Positions 6,718 to 16,063 of a DNA stretch of 64,000 nt are shown piece after piece. The translations under genes were made by a program, and so were the position numbers. The stretch comes from an uncultured bacterium. GTDB taxonomy: Bacteria; Myxococcota_A; UBA9042; PHBI01. Position 1 is the stretch's first letter; each line of letters opens with the position of its first letter. The notes below the pieces were generated by a model. It made no database searches and had not been told where the DNA came from. It worked only from the letters and a program-made list of their open reading frames with translations. The DNA is taken from contig CALHXW010000314.1 of NCBI GenBank assembly GCA_938040325.1, positions 9,154 through 73,153 of the forward strand, read 5' to 3'.

Positions 6718-9579
6718 CTACCCTGTTAACCGCCGATGCCTCCACCGGATGAACCGTTCTGCAATCGACTGAGCGGGCGAGAGTGGCCTGACCAAGTCGA
6801 ACCTGTGCCTGTCGGGGTGGGTCAGATCGTCAAGCATCGCAATCGGCTTGCCGTCTTTCATCACGGCCCCGTCGATTCGAACGGCGAGCATCAACGTCGG
6901 TGCGAGATTCACGCTGCCTGTCACTGCCGCGTCGAGCTCTGCCAGACCTGTCGCAAGCCTCTGAAGGCCAGCCTTTGTCCACTGCCCTACGATACGCAGC
7001 AACAGGTCGGTCGGCGGGCCTGAGGGCTGACCAAACTCAGTCTGGGTCTCTCGCAGCGAGGCCTCAAGAGTCGCCTCCGTTAGAGTCGCCTCGAACGCTT
7101 CGCGTGACGCATGCAGAAGCCGCACACCGCCGTTGCTCGCTTGTTGCCGGAACACTGTGGTGCTCGCGCCGACCGTTAGCGCGAACGGTGCGTTCACTCT
7201 GATCTGCAGTTCGTTGGCCAAGCTACACTCCGCGAATGCGACCGCGTCGGCTTGTTGCGCAGACGTCAGGCCTTCATCGAGGACGAGTGCGAACGTGGAC
7301 GGCCGAAGAGATTCTCGGTATGCAGACGCCCAAAGAGTCGGCTGACCCAGCAATTCCACCGCGGCATCCGTGAGAACCTTGGCCCCGCGCACGCCACCCG
7401 GGCCTAGCCGAGCACCGGGTACCACGCCAGCTTTCGCCAACTCCTGGAAGATGAGGCGCCGTGGCGCATCGTCACAGAGCCGCACAAGTCGACGTCCGCG
7501 AGCACGCCCAGAGGGGGAGACCTCGACGGCAAGCCTCGCGCGGAACAACTCTCCGAGCCGGGTGATGCTTGCAGCGTAGCGCCCGTCGTGGGTGAAGAAC
7601 GGCTTGCTGACCGCAGCATCGACGTACGCGTCGGCCGGGATATCTCCCGCAACGAATGGATAGTCGAACTCGGAGTAGCCTTCGATGCGAGCGATTCGCC
7701 GCACGTCGAGTTGTGCGGCACGGCCGTTCCTCAAATGGCGTCGATAACTCGCCGACGGAACGATCGACACAATCCTAGGGGTGACTGGGTACTTCACATG
7801 GAAATGAATCGGGTAGCGAAGCTTCAACGACGCGACCTTGGAGATGCCGGCGATGAGCTCCTCAGCGGTCGTTTGGACGTTGGATAGGATAAAGTATGCA
7901 TCCAAGTGGAGCCCGCGCTGCGCCATAGCCTCCATCACCGCCTCGATGTGGGCGACCTTGTAGCCTTTGGCGTGTCTGGTCAGCTCAACATCCGTGAAGC
8001 TTTCAACCCCCATCTGAAGGTGCGCGCTCCAGTGCCTTTCAACGTAGTCCTCAATGTACTCTCGGTCAGTGACGGGCCGACCAACGTCCACGAAGGCGTC
8101 CGGTGAGATGGCGTCCAGCAGCTCGTTGTCCGGCTCCGGCCGTGGCGACTTGCCAGCCTTCAGGCATAGGTCGCCGATCGCCACCTGGCACGACGCCAGT
8201 CGGAACCTCGTTCGACGCAAAGCCCGAAAGAAGTTGATCGCGCGCTGACGATCGCAAGCAAAGTCGTCATCGGAGATATGGACGCGGTAAACCTTCGCCG
8301 GGATCTCATCACCAAAGATCTCGACGAAACGTTGGTGGTAGCGCTCCAAGAGCTCAAAAATGTTGTCCGCACTCCGCGCTTGGTACGTCATTTGGCCGAT
8401 GATGGTGCAGAAGCTGCACTTGTGTACGCAGCCGCGGCTTGTTGCGATCTCGATGCCGTGGACGAGGTGACGCGCCTCTAAGTGTCGGAGTTCAAGGGCC
8501 ACCCGATCAAGAGACTCGACCTGCACGCCATGACTAGAGACCGCACTCAGAAGCCTGCCGCCCGCTCGGTCGAGCGCGATGACGCCACGCATGGCCAGGA
8601 CGCTGGCGCGCTGCGCAGGCGAGAGCGGAGTGTCAATGGAGGCGTCGGGCCCCAACAGGCGGCAAAGCTCGGGCACAAAATACTCGCCCGCTCCGCGACA
8701 GACGAAGCTGACGCCTGGCAAGTGTGCGGCCACGTGTTCGGGCGTCAGCGTCGGCATCACGCCACCGACAGCGATGTGGGCGCGACAACCAAGCCTTCGC
8801 AGGTGACAAATGAGTGCCGCCACGCGGTCGAAGTAGGCCTCTAGGAGCGTGATGCATACAAGGCCAACCGGCCCCCCCGCGAGCGCCCCTGGCAACTGCT
8901 CGAGTCCGATGAGTTGCTCTTCTTCGTCGATGCTTTGGACCGACCGAAACTGCTCGTGAATCGTCATCTTCACACGTGCGAAGACGACCTCGGTGGAAAG
9001 CTCCTCCAGCGAGCTGACCATGTGGAGCACGCCTTGGCTGAGCTCTTGGTCGTTGTGATCAATCTCGGTGTTCATCAACGACTCGAAGAAAAGCGCACGC
9101 TTGACGGGGGCACACGGCAGCTCTTGAGACATCTCTGCGTCATGGCCGGCTGGCTGCAGACCTCTGGGCGGCAGTCGCTTCAACAGTTCACGTGCGTCGA
9201 CTTCGATCGTGTGTCGGGAACTGAGGCTCGCGACCGCTTCCCTGTCGAGGAACACCTCGACAGCTCTCAGACCTGCTTGCGCGTGCGGTTGACCGAGTTG
9301 GGGCTGGAGGTGAACTCGCACGACGCCATCACGCTGCGCAGCGGCTGTCCCGAATGCCGCCGCTACCCGAAGACTCGCTGCAACGTCCTCGGATGTCGCT
9401 AGCTTGTGCACAACCTCGACTCTGCCAGCATTTCCACACGGTCGTTTCGTCAACCAACGACCGTCTTTGGCTTGGTGCGAACGGACGCCTGCGGGCGGAG
9501 CATCCGGCTCGATCGCATAGGTGAAACCCGTGCGCAACGGCCGGTCGGGACCCGAAACGTCAGTCATAAAGCCACGCAA
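6718..9579 (-). CDS. B12-binding-domain radical SAM enzyme (class B-like) with ~150-aa N-terminal and ~450-aa C-terminal extensions
   Basis: A B12-binding-like Rossmann segment (GLVCITLLEAYFDRVAALICHLRRLGCRAHIAVGGVMPT) precedes IATSRGCVHKCSFCTI (CxxxCxxC). The start is uncertain (9579, or the internal ATG at 9132). Confidence 0.85.
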   Translation of the reverse strand: MRGFMTDVSGPDRPLRTGFTYAIEPDAPPAGVRSHQAKDGRWLTKRPCGNAGRVEVVHKLATSEDVAASLRVAAAFGTAAAQRDGVVRVHLQPQLGQPHAQAGLRAVEVFLDREAVASLSSRHTIEVDARELLKRLPPRGLQPAGHDAEMSQELPCAPVKRALFFESLMNTEIDHNDQELSQGVLHMVSSLEELSTEVVFARVKMTIHEQFRSVQSIDEEEQLIGLEQLPGALAGGPVGLVCITLLEAYFDRVAALICHLRRLGCRAHIAVGGVMPTLTPEHVAAHLPGVSFVCRGAGEYFVPELCRLLGPDASIDTPLSPAQRASVLAMRGVIALDRAGGRLLSAVSSHGVQVESLDRVALELRHLEARHLVHGIEIATSRGCVHKCSFCTIIGQMTYQARSADNIFELLERYHQRFVEIFGDEIPAKVYRVHISDDDFACDRQRAINFFRALRRTRFRLASCQVAIGDLCLKAGKSPRPEPDNELLDAISPDAFVDVGRPVTDREYIEDYVERHWSAHLQMGVESFTDVELTRHAKGYKVAHIEAVMEAMAQRGLHLDAYFILSNVQTTAEELIAGISKVASLKLRYPIHFHVKYPVTPRIVSIVPSASYRRHLRNGRAAQLDVRRIARIEGYSEFDYPFVAGDIPADAYVDAAVSKPFFTHDGRYAASITRLGELFRARLAVEVSPSGRARGRRLVRLCDDAPRRLIFQELAKAGVVPGARLGPGGVRGAKVLTDAAVELLGQPTLWASAYRESLRPSTFALVLDEGLTSAQQADAVAFAECSLANELQIRVNAPFALTVGASTTVFRQQASNGGVRLLHASREAFEATLTEATLEASLRETQTEFGQPSGPPTDLLLRIVGQWTKAGLQRLATGLAELDAAVTGSVNLAPTLMLAVRIDGAVMKDGKPIAMLDDLTHPDRHRFDLVRPLSPAQSIAERFIRWRHRRLTG

Positions 9580-9870
9580 AAACGCGAACCAAGCGACGCG
9601 CTCGTCCTGTCAGTGCACGGCTCGGGTCGCTTCTCAAAAGGCTTGCAACACCCGACGCGCGACCGTCACGGCGACGACGCCGAACAATGAAGCAATTTTC
9701 GTGGACGGTCCTCATACGTGGTCGCTAGTGTAGCAGCAGCCGGAGAAATGCGAAGCGTGACGCCAATACATCACTCCTCTGCGCTCGACCCCCAGTGACG
9801 GAGCAGCGCTTGTTTTGGGCCTAGTTCGTCATGCCCTACTGGACGCCTGCGCACCTCCGTCGCTGGCCCG

Positions 9871-10632
9871 ATGAGCACGCCAAACGCGCCCCTTCTGGAA
9901 CGCCTGATGATGGCGACCTTCGGCCGCATCATGCCGCCGCAGGTCCGCGCCGTGCTGCCCACAGATCTGACACCGCGGGACGCCCTCGACTTTAAGGTCA
10001 ACCCGATCCTCCCGGTAGGTTCTGAACGGCCGCCACGAGTCGCCATCAGTGACGGCAGAGAGCCAGCTCAGTGGGCGCGACGAGTTGAGAGCACCTACCC
10101 TAGCCCGCAGGTCGCAAGGTTCATCGCGACCGTGCCTGGCTGTCGGCGAATGGTCGATACGAACGGCGAGAGCGCCGTGCTGTACCTCGACGATCTACAA
10201 GAACATGTCTCGCGCAAAGGACCTGCTGGACGCCCCCTCATGGCGCTGACGCTCCAGGTCCCGCAAGGCAACCGCAGCTTGATGACTCTTGAGCCCAACC
10301 CTCCCCGTCAGCTCTTCTCCTGCCGTATCGCGGAGCAACTTGACGCCCTCCTCTCGCACGGCGCTACCGGACGGTGGGCAGTCCGATATCGCCGACGTCA
10401 ACCGATCAGCGTCCTCTGGATTACCGAGGCCAGATGGCGCGATACATATGATGAAACGACCGCCGTTTTGGAAGGTGCTCTTGGCCTTCCCAGTGCATGG
10501 AAGAGACTTGGCGAAGCAGCCGTAGAGTTGTCGACCTACCCCGATGCCGTGGAGTTGCTCGGACCAAGGGGGCTGGACGTCACGGTTGGATGGCGACTGC
10601 AGAAAGCAACGACCGCTGACCCAAGCCCCTGA
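9871..10632 (+). CDS. Hypothetical protein, 253 aa
   Basis: Long ORF in an otherwise gene-free stretch, divergent from the B12-rSAM gene. I recognise no motif. Confidence 0.5.
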   Translation: MSTPNAPLLERLMMATFGRIMPPQVRAVLPTDLTPRDALDFKVNPILPVGSERPPRVAISDGREPAQWARRVESTYPSPQVARFIATVPGCRRMVDTNGESAVLYLDDLQEHVSRKGPAGRPLMALTLQVPQGNRSLMTLEPNPPRQLFSCRIAEQLDALLSHGATGRWAVRYRRRQPISVLWITEARWRDTYDETTAVLEGALGLPSAWKRLGEAAVELSTYPDAVELLGPRGLDVTVGWRLQKATTADPSP

Positions 10633-10684
10633 AGCCCGCACACACGGAGCGCAGCGCTGACGACACGCCGCAAACGCTTGGCCA

Positions 10685-11776
10685 ATGATCGTTGGACGAA
10701 AGGCTGGTACGTTGCTTGTTCTTCGCAGCGTCCGCGAGGTTACTATCGACATCGACCACGAACTCATCGGCCTGCAACTTGGCCTTCGAGATGGCATCAA
10801 ACACGAACGCATCCCGCGCGGCCAACTGCCTGTATGCGAGCGACTATTCGCTGACGCGGGATTCGTCGCCTACAGCGATCCACGCCTCCTCTATGAGGCC
10901 GGACATGCCGACATCCATAACTATGCAGGCCGAAGCCACGGCACGCTCTTCGTCGCACGCGACAGACGCACTGCTGAACGGCTCGCCGAGCTATCGATCG
11001 CCACAGAGCGCCGCGGCGGCGACAGCAAAGCCCGGGCCCAAGCCGAAGATGAGATCGGCGCCTTGTTGGGCTATCCAGCCTGTTGCCGGGCTGCCTTTCG
11101 TTCGCGTCAGAGTTCTGGTCGAGCGGCGCTCCACCTTGCTCCACTGCACCGAACTCGTGGCCCTCTCGACCAGCGACTCAATCGCTTTTCGCGATGGGCT
11201 GCACTGATCAGCCATATCCCCTGTCGCTTCGACTGCCCTGACAGCATCGCGCTAGCAGCTAGCATCGAAGCAGAGACGTCCATCCGGTATCCCGCCACCT
11301 CCGCATTCGCCCGTGAAATAAGGAGCTGTCCACTCCTCTACCTCGACGCCGACCAACTCGTGCTCGTGAGAGGTGAGTGGAGCGAGAACACACTCGTCAT
11401 CGACGACATCGTCCCGCCCGACCCTGAGCCAGGAAGAGACGCGACCATCGGACCTGCCGCGGAGCTGCGAGGCCACCTAGAGCCGGGGGCCGTCGTGCGT
11501 AGCGAACCAGCCAAGATCTTTGTCGACGTACGAGGTCGCCAGTTGTCGTCGACCGACATGTTTCCAAACACATGCTGGTGGGTCATGGATTGGACCGGAA
11601 CTCAGACTCCGACGGCTCCTGCCTCTACCATTCGTTGCGCCAACCGCGAGCTCACGAGTCAGCTTCGCGCGCAAGGGCTGTTGATCAACTTCGTTGACGG
11701 CCAACCCGCAAGCAACCGTGGCTTGCTCGATGCCGTGGAGCTAGTCTGGAGCGGCCGCGCTTCTGTCACTGTTTGA
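10685..11776 (+). CDS. Hypothetical Cys-motif protein, 363 aa
   Basis: Contains GALLGYPACCRAAF and ISHIPCRFDCPDS, two Cys pairs suggesting a metal site. It lies 52 nt after the previous ORF. I cannot assign a family with confidence. Confidence 0.55.
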   Translation: MIVGRKAGTLLVLRSVREVTIDIDHELIGLQLGLRDGIKHERIPRGQLPVCERLFADAGFVAYSDPRLLYEAGHADIHNYAGRSHGTLFVARDRRTAERLAELSIATERRGGDSKARAQAEDEIGALLGYPACCRAAFRSRQSSGRAALHLAPLHRTRGPLDQRLNRFSRWAALISHIPCRFDCPDSIALAASIEAETSIRYPATSAFAREIRSCPLLYLDADQLVLVRGEWSENTLVIDDIVPPDPEPGRDATIGPAAELRGHLEPGAVVRSEPAKIFVDVRGRQLSSTDMFPNTCWWVMDWTGTQTPTAPASTIRCANRELTSQLRAQGLLINFVDGQPASNRGLLDAVELVWSGRASVTV

Positions 11777-13222
11777 CCCTCTGAGGTCGATGAGTCGCGC
11801 CATGCTGGCCCGGACCTGAGGCCGCAGATCCGATGCGAGGTGGCTTGGGTCGAAGCGCTGAAAGGCCGGCAACCACTCGGGCCGCTCGTAGAAGTCAGCC
11901 ATAGCCGATGGCGAGAGCCCAGCGATGTCGGCGCAGCTGGCAACGATGCCGAGCTCGATGAACCGGTAGAAGTCCCACGGCACGCGGTCGAGCCCAGGCA
12001 CGCAGACCGTTGGGATGCCGTACTTCAGCAAGGTCAGGTGAGCACTTGTCCCGCCGCACACGACGAGATCGCACTGGGCTGCGTCCTCGACCAGCGTGCA
12101 GCTGGCATCGGAGAGCGTGATGTCGGGACCGCTCGGGAGCCGGGCGATGGCTGCGTGGTCTCGAACGGTGCGGTTGGGGTGCAGTCGAATCCGAATCGAC
12201 CTCGGCCCGAGCACCTTCCGAATGCTCCTGAGAGCCTCGGCAACCCCGTCCCAGTCGTTGACCAGGCTCAGAAAGATCCCCACCCGTAGCTCGGTCGCCG
12301 GTCTGCGCAAGGCGTCGACCGACATCGTCCGCGACACGCCCTCGGCACCTTTAAAGACGACCTCGCCGCTCATGCCCAGGCTGTTGCGGTAGACATCGTA
12401 GAGCGCAGGTCCATCGAGAAGGTTGAGCGCGAAGTCGGTGTGGGGCGGGTCGGCCGGGAGGTGGCCGTGGTTGATGTAGGCGACAGGCAAGCCCGCAATC
12501 TTCGCTGCCGCCCAGGCACCCATCGCACAAGGATTCGAGTCGCTCGAGACCACCAGCCCAGAGAGCTCGGATGCGGCGAGCTGTCGCCGAAAGCGTCCAT
12601 AGTAGCCGAGGGTCGCCGCGACGCGGCAGGCCACCAAGAAGCTCGTCTCCGGCGGGCTGACGGATGCGTGCAGGAGCTTGAGGCCGGAAGCGACGCGGGC
12701 AGGGTCTCGCAGCTCTGAGAGCAACGTGCCGACGCCAGCGGCGCGCTCGACCGCGCGTCCGCCGTGCTCAACGAACGCGAACGTCATCTCCGAGCAGACG
12801 CCGTCGAGCCACTCGAACTGCCGCCGCTCGTTGGCGTACTCGCCGACGGCCAGGACATCGGCCGTCCACGAGCGCCCGCGCGCGCTGAGGTACGCCTTGA
12901 GCCCGTAGAGCGCCACAAAGGCCGTTGCTGCGGGTCGGTGGGCTAGCCGCTTGTGGAGCCGCTCGGCGAGACGAATGAGCCTCCGGCGGCCCCGCAGCTC
13001 CGCGAAGACCGACCGGCGAAACGGCTGGGAGTCCTTGAAGACGACCGTGGCAATCGCCTGTTTGAGTGGGTCGCTGCCCGCGCTGGATGCTGCCCCTGCT
13101 TGTGCCTGTCTACCCACCATGGGCACCAGCTTGTCCGCTGCGACCGACGATGCAAAGCACGGATATAGACAGCCCACAAAGCACGCTACCGGCGCGCCAT
13201 GAACGGAAGCGCGCCAAAGCAC
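11741..13222 (-). CDS. Hypothetical protein, possible GT-B-like / capsule-type (KpsC/KpsS-like) glycosyltransferase
   Basis: Two Rossmann-like halves (SDSNPCAMGAWAAAKIAGLPVAYINHGH and LVVCGGTSAHLTLLKYGIPTVCVPG) are present. It is the last gene of the minus-strand operon. The functional call is tentative and the start is uncertain (13222 or ATG 13120). Confidence 0.45.
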   Translation of the reverse strand: MLWRASVHGAPVACFVGCLYPCFASSVAADKLVPMVGRQAQAGAASSAGSDPLKQAIATVVFKDSQPFRRSVFAELRGRRRLIRLAERLHKRLAHRPAATAFVALYGLKAYLSARGRSWTADVLAVGEYANERRQFEWLDGVCSEMTFAFVEHGGRAVERAAGVGTLLSELRDPARVASGLKLLHASVSPPETSFLVACRVAATLGYYGRFRRQLAASELSGLVVSSDSNPCAMGAWAAAKIAGLPVAYINHGHLPADPPHTDFALNLLDGPALYDVYRNSLGMSGEVVFKGAEGVSRTMSVDALRRPATELRVGIFLSLVNDWDGVAEALRSIRKVLGPRSIRIRLHPNRTVRDHAAIARLPSGPDITLSDASCTLVEDAAQCDLVVCGGTSAHLTLLKYGIPTVCVPGLDRVPWDFYRFIELGIVASCADIAGLSPSAMADFYERPEWLPAFQRFDPSHLASDLRPQVRASMARLIDLRGSNSDRSAAAPD

Positions 13223-14097
13223 CTCACCACCATCTTCACGATGAAGTAGACCGTGTAGGCGCCAGCCCCTAGGGGAACGCCGTACGCACTCAGGAGCACC
13301 TCAAAGGCTGCATGACCTGTGCCCAGGCCCGACGGGGCTACCGGAAGAGCCTCCACGAGCAAGCCGCACGAGGCAATGGCCAGCAGCTCCAGCGGTGTCA
13401 GGGCGCTCGCCGGCAGCGTTGTCACGATGATCGTGATCATGCATGCGGCCTTGAGGCCGTGGGCGAGCACGCTAAGCACCAACGCCTTCGCGATGACCGG
13501 CCGACTCACAAGGCGCGCCCAGCGCTCGCTCCCACCGAGTCGACGCACCAGAAAGCGCGCCCCAAGCGCCACGAGCGCGCTCCCCACCACGACACCCCCA
13601 ACGACGGTCACGGTGCTCTCGGGCCGTGCCTTGAGCAGCGCCGGCACCCCGAACGCCAACGCCAGCAGGACCAGGCCGAGCAAGCTTGTGACACGGTCGA
13701 CGATCACCGAGTGCGTCGACGCGTCCAGCGCCACGTCGTGTCGCTTCGACAGCTCTAGCGCACGAAGCGCGTCCGTCCCGAGCGTTGACGGCAGCGCTTG
13801 CCCCAAAAACTGCGACGACCACAGCATCCCCAAGAGCGTCGGGTAGCGTCGCGGCATGTCGACCAACGGGCCGACAAAGAGGCTCCAACGCAGTGCAGCA
13901 ACCAGCGTGACGCCAGCCAGCAGGCCGACGAGGGCTGCGACCACCTCCGGCCGCCGCGCAAGACCCGTCAGTGGCTCAAACGACAGGGCCTCTTGCGACA
14001 CCAGCCAGCCGATGAGCAGGCAGGCGACCGCCCAGCGCGCGGCTCGTTTCCATGCCGCCGCCTGGGTCCTCTCGGGCTCAGGCCGACTCAGGCTCAC
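13186..14097 (-). CDS. Polytopic membrane protein (possibly UPF0104 / flippase-like family)
   Basis: About 8 hydrophobic segments, and FLGQALPSTLGTDALRALEL resembles the family. A candidate GTG start at 14097 overlaps the upstream stop region; the track start at 14211 overlaps the HemN-like gene by 134 nt. Confidence 0.55.
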   Translation of the reverse strand: MSLSRPEPERTQAAAWKRAARWAVACLLIGWLVSQEALSFEPLTGLARRPEVVAALVGLLAGVTLVAALRWSLFVGPLVDMPRRYPTLLGMLWSSQFLGQALPSTLGTDALRALELSKRHDVALDASTHSVIVDRVTSLLGLVLLALAFGVPALLKARPESTVTVVGGVVVGSALVALGARFLVRRLGGSERWARLVSRPVIAKALVLSVLAHGLKAACMITIIVTTLPASALTPLELLAIASCGLLVEALPVAPSGLGTGHAAFEVLLSAYGVPLGAGAYTVYFIVKMVVRCFGALPFMARR

Positions 14098-15997
14098 GCT
14101 CTCGAACAGCGTCGACCATCGAAAAGAAGAGCGCGATCTGATCGGGCGAGAGCGTTCCTGTCTCGGGTGGCGCATGGGAGAGCGCCCAGTTTGCCGTTGC
14201 GCAGCGCGCATCCGTGTCGTCGCTGAGCGTCTCCACCCGCACGCGTAGGACGGACTCGCCCGGGAGCTGAAGGCCCACCTCGCTCGGCGTCAGCGTCGCA
14301 ACTGTCGCGGCCGCAAACCGATCGCCAACCGCGGAAATCCCAAGCAGGCCCAGCACCGCGCTCAGCTCAGATGCGCCCCGAGCGCTCGGCGACCCGCCGG
14401 CCGTCAGCTCCGGCTCGGCGGCTCCCTGACGATGCAGAACGGATGGCGCCGCGTCACGCGCGGGCATCATACGGTCGAGCGCGTCGTCATCGCGCAAGCG
14501 CACGAACGGCCCTCGCCGCTCGATCCAGCCCCTAGCTTGGGCCTCATCAAGGGCGACATCGTGAGCGCGAGGCCACGCGCGATCGACCACCCACCCCCCG
14601 CCTCGAAGGCGTCCGCGCAGCCGCGTCAGGCGCTCGTCCCGCACGCTCAGGCGCGTGCCTTCGTACGCCGGTTCAGCCGTACCGCGCTGGATGGCCCCGA
14701 GCGAGGTGACGTCGCGGTGCCAGCTGTGCCCGTAGATGTGGGAGAACGCGCCAGGCCCGATGCCGAGCAGGTGCCCAGGCGTGTCGCTGAAGCAGTGGTA
14801 CTCCGAGGTCCCCTTCAGCGCCGCAGCGGCGTGCCCCGCGAGGGCCCCAAGCTCTAGAGCGCGGGCGCCAAAGCGGTTGGGTTTGCTCACCATGTAGCCG
14901 GCCATCAGCGCTCTCGCGCGAGTCTCTGGGCGGCAGAGCTCTCTGACCGCAGCGCCAGCGTCGACGCTTCCGGGAAGCCGCGCGACCGGTTGGTAGCGGT
15001 AGATCGTGACGGTCGACGGACGCAGGGCCAAGACCGCCATGAGCTCGGCCTGCATGTCCTTTCCACGCTGCTCATCAAGACCGACGATGAGGTCGACGTT
15101 GACCTCGAAGCCAAGCAAGCGAGCGGAGTTGATGAGGGCGCCTGTGGCTTCAAGCGGCCCATTGATGCGGCCAATCGCCTTCAGCACGTCGGGATCGGTC
15201 GACTGAATCCCCATGCTGATGCGCGTGACCCCATGCTCTCGCGCCACTCGCAGCTTGGCCACATCGAGAGAGAGCGGGTTGCACTCGAGCGTGAAGCTCC
15301 CTCGGACGGTGAACGCATCGTTGTAGGCGCCGAGCACCTCCGCGAGCTCGTGGACCGGCAGCAGGCTTGGGGTCCCACCGCCGAAGTAGGCGTTGTCGAG
15401 CTGGGTGTGGCCGAGCACCGCGCGGTGTTGGCGAACCTGGCCCACGATGTGCTGGGTATGGCGCGAGAGGCTGCCCGCCTTACGCGGTACCCGGTGAAAG
15501 TACATGCAGAACTGGCAGCTGGTCTGGCAGTAGGCGAAGTGGACGTAGCCTGCCACGTGCTTGGGGCCAGCCCCTGTCTTGCGCTGCGTCAGCGCGTCTT
15601 GCCATGCCTGCCAGCGCTCCTCGGACGAGAGGCTCACCGGCTGCCACTGCAGCCACGCATCCGGCGACCCTGAGCGCATGCGAGACCGGAGGTGCTCGTC
15701 GACGGCGTCGGGTCCGCCCACCGAGCTCCTAGCGGTGCGCCGCAGGGTTGGCTTCGTCCGCATCAGGGACCAGTCCCAAAACAAGCGCGATTTTCGAGCG
15801 AGGCGAACGCTCCGGTGCTTGTCGGCCGAATGAAGGCCCTGCGAGCGTCGTCGAGTTCGGGTGAGCGCAGCGAGCGCACCGACGCTGCTGGCGAGTGCAT
15901 CGCCAAAGCCGCAGCCGGAAAGAGCCCTTGTTTTGGGACCAGTGGTTGGTCGACCGTGTTCATCAGGCGCAGCTCCATCGCCTGACCATACGAGCAA
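14078..15997 (-). CDS. HemN-like (class C) radical SAM enzyme with extra ~150-aa C-terminal region
   Basis: Motifs: YVHFAYCQTSCQFCMYF (CxxxCxxC), YFGGGTPSLL and RISMGIQSTD, which are HemN/HemZ family signatures. The start is uncertain (15997, or the internal ATG at 15763). Confidence 0.85.
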   Translation of the reverse strand: MLVWSGDGAAPDEHGRPTTGPKTRALSGCGFGDALASSVGALAALTRTRRRSQGLHSADKHRSVRLARKSRLFWDWSLMRTKPTLRRTARSSVGGPDAVDEHLRSRMRSGSPDAWLQWQPVSLSSEERWQAWQDALTQRKTGAGPKHVAGYVHFAYCQTSCQFCMYFHRVPRKAGSLSRHTQHIVGQVRQHRAVLGHTQLDNAYFGGGTPSLLPVHELAEVLGAYNDAFTVRGSFTLECNPLSLDVAKLRVAREHGVTRISMGIQSTDPDVLKAIGRINGPLEATGALINSARLLGFEVNVDLIVGLDEQRGKDMQAELMAVLALRPSTVTIYRYQPVARLPGSVDAGAAVRELCRPETRARALMAGYMVSKPNRFGARALELGALAGHAAAALKGTSEYHCFSDTPGHLLGIGPGAFSHIYGHSWHRDVTSLGAIQRGTAEPAYEGTRLSVRDERLTRLRGRLRGGGWVVDRAWPRAHDVALDEAQARGWIERRGPFVRLRDDDALDRMMPARDAAPSVLHRQGAAEPELTAGGSPSARGASELSAVLGLLGISAVGDRFAAATVATLTPSEVGLQLPGESVLRVRVETLSDDTDARCATANWALSHAPPETGTLSPDQIALFFSMVDAVREREPESA

Positions 15998-16063
15998 AGA
16001 TCGGCCGTCACAACCGGGCGCGCGCGAACGCCATCGGCGAGCGAGCAGAGAGACCGCGCGCCA

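Noticed and set aside
9689-9730. 13-codon ORF (MKQFSWTVLIRGR) in the intergenic region next to the B12-rSAM gene, considered as a RiPP precursor
   Set aside because: It has no Shine-Dalgarno motif, no Cys/Ser/Gly-rich core and no leader-like length. It is indistinguishable from a chance ORF.
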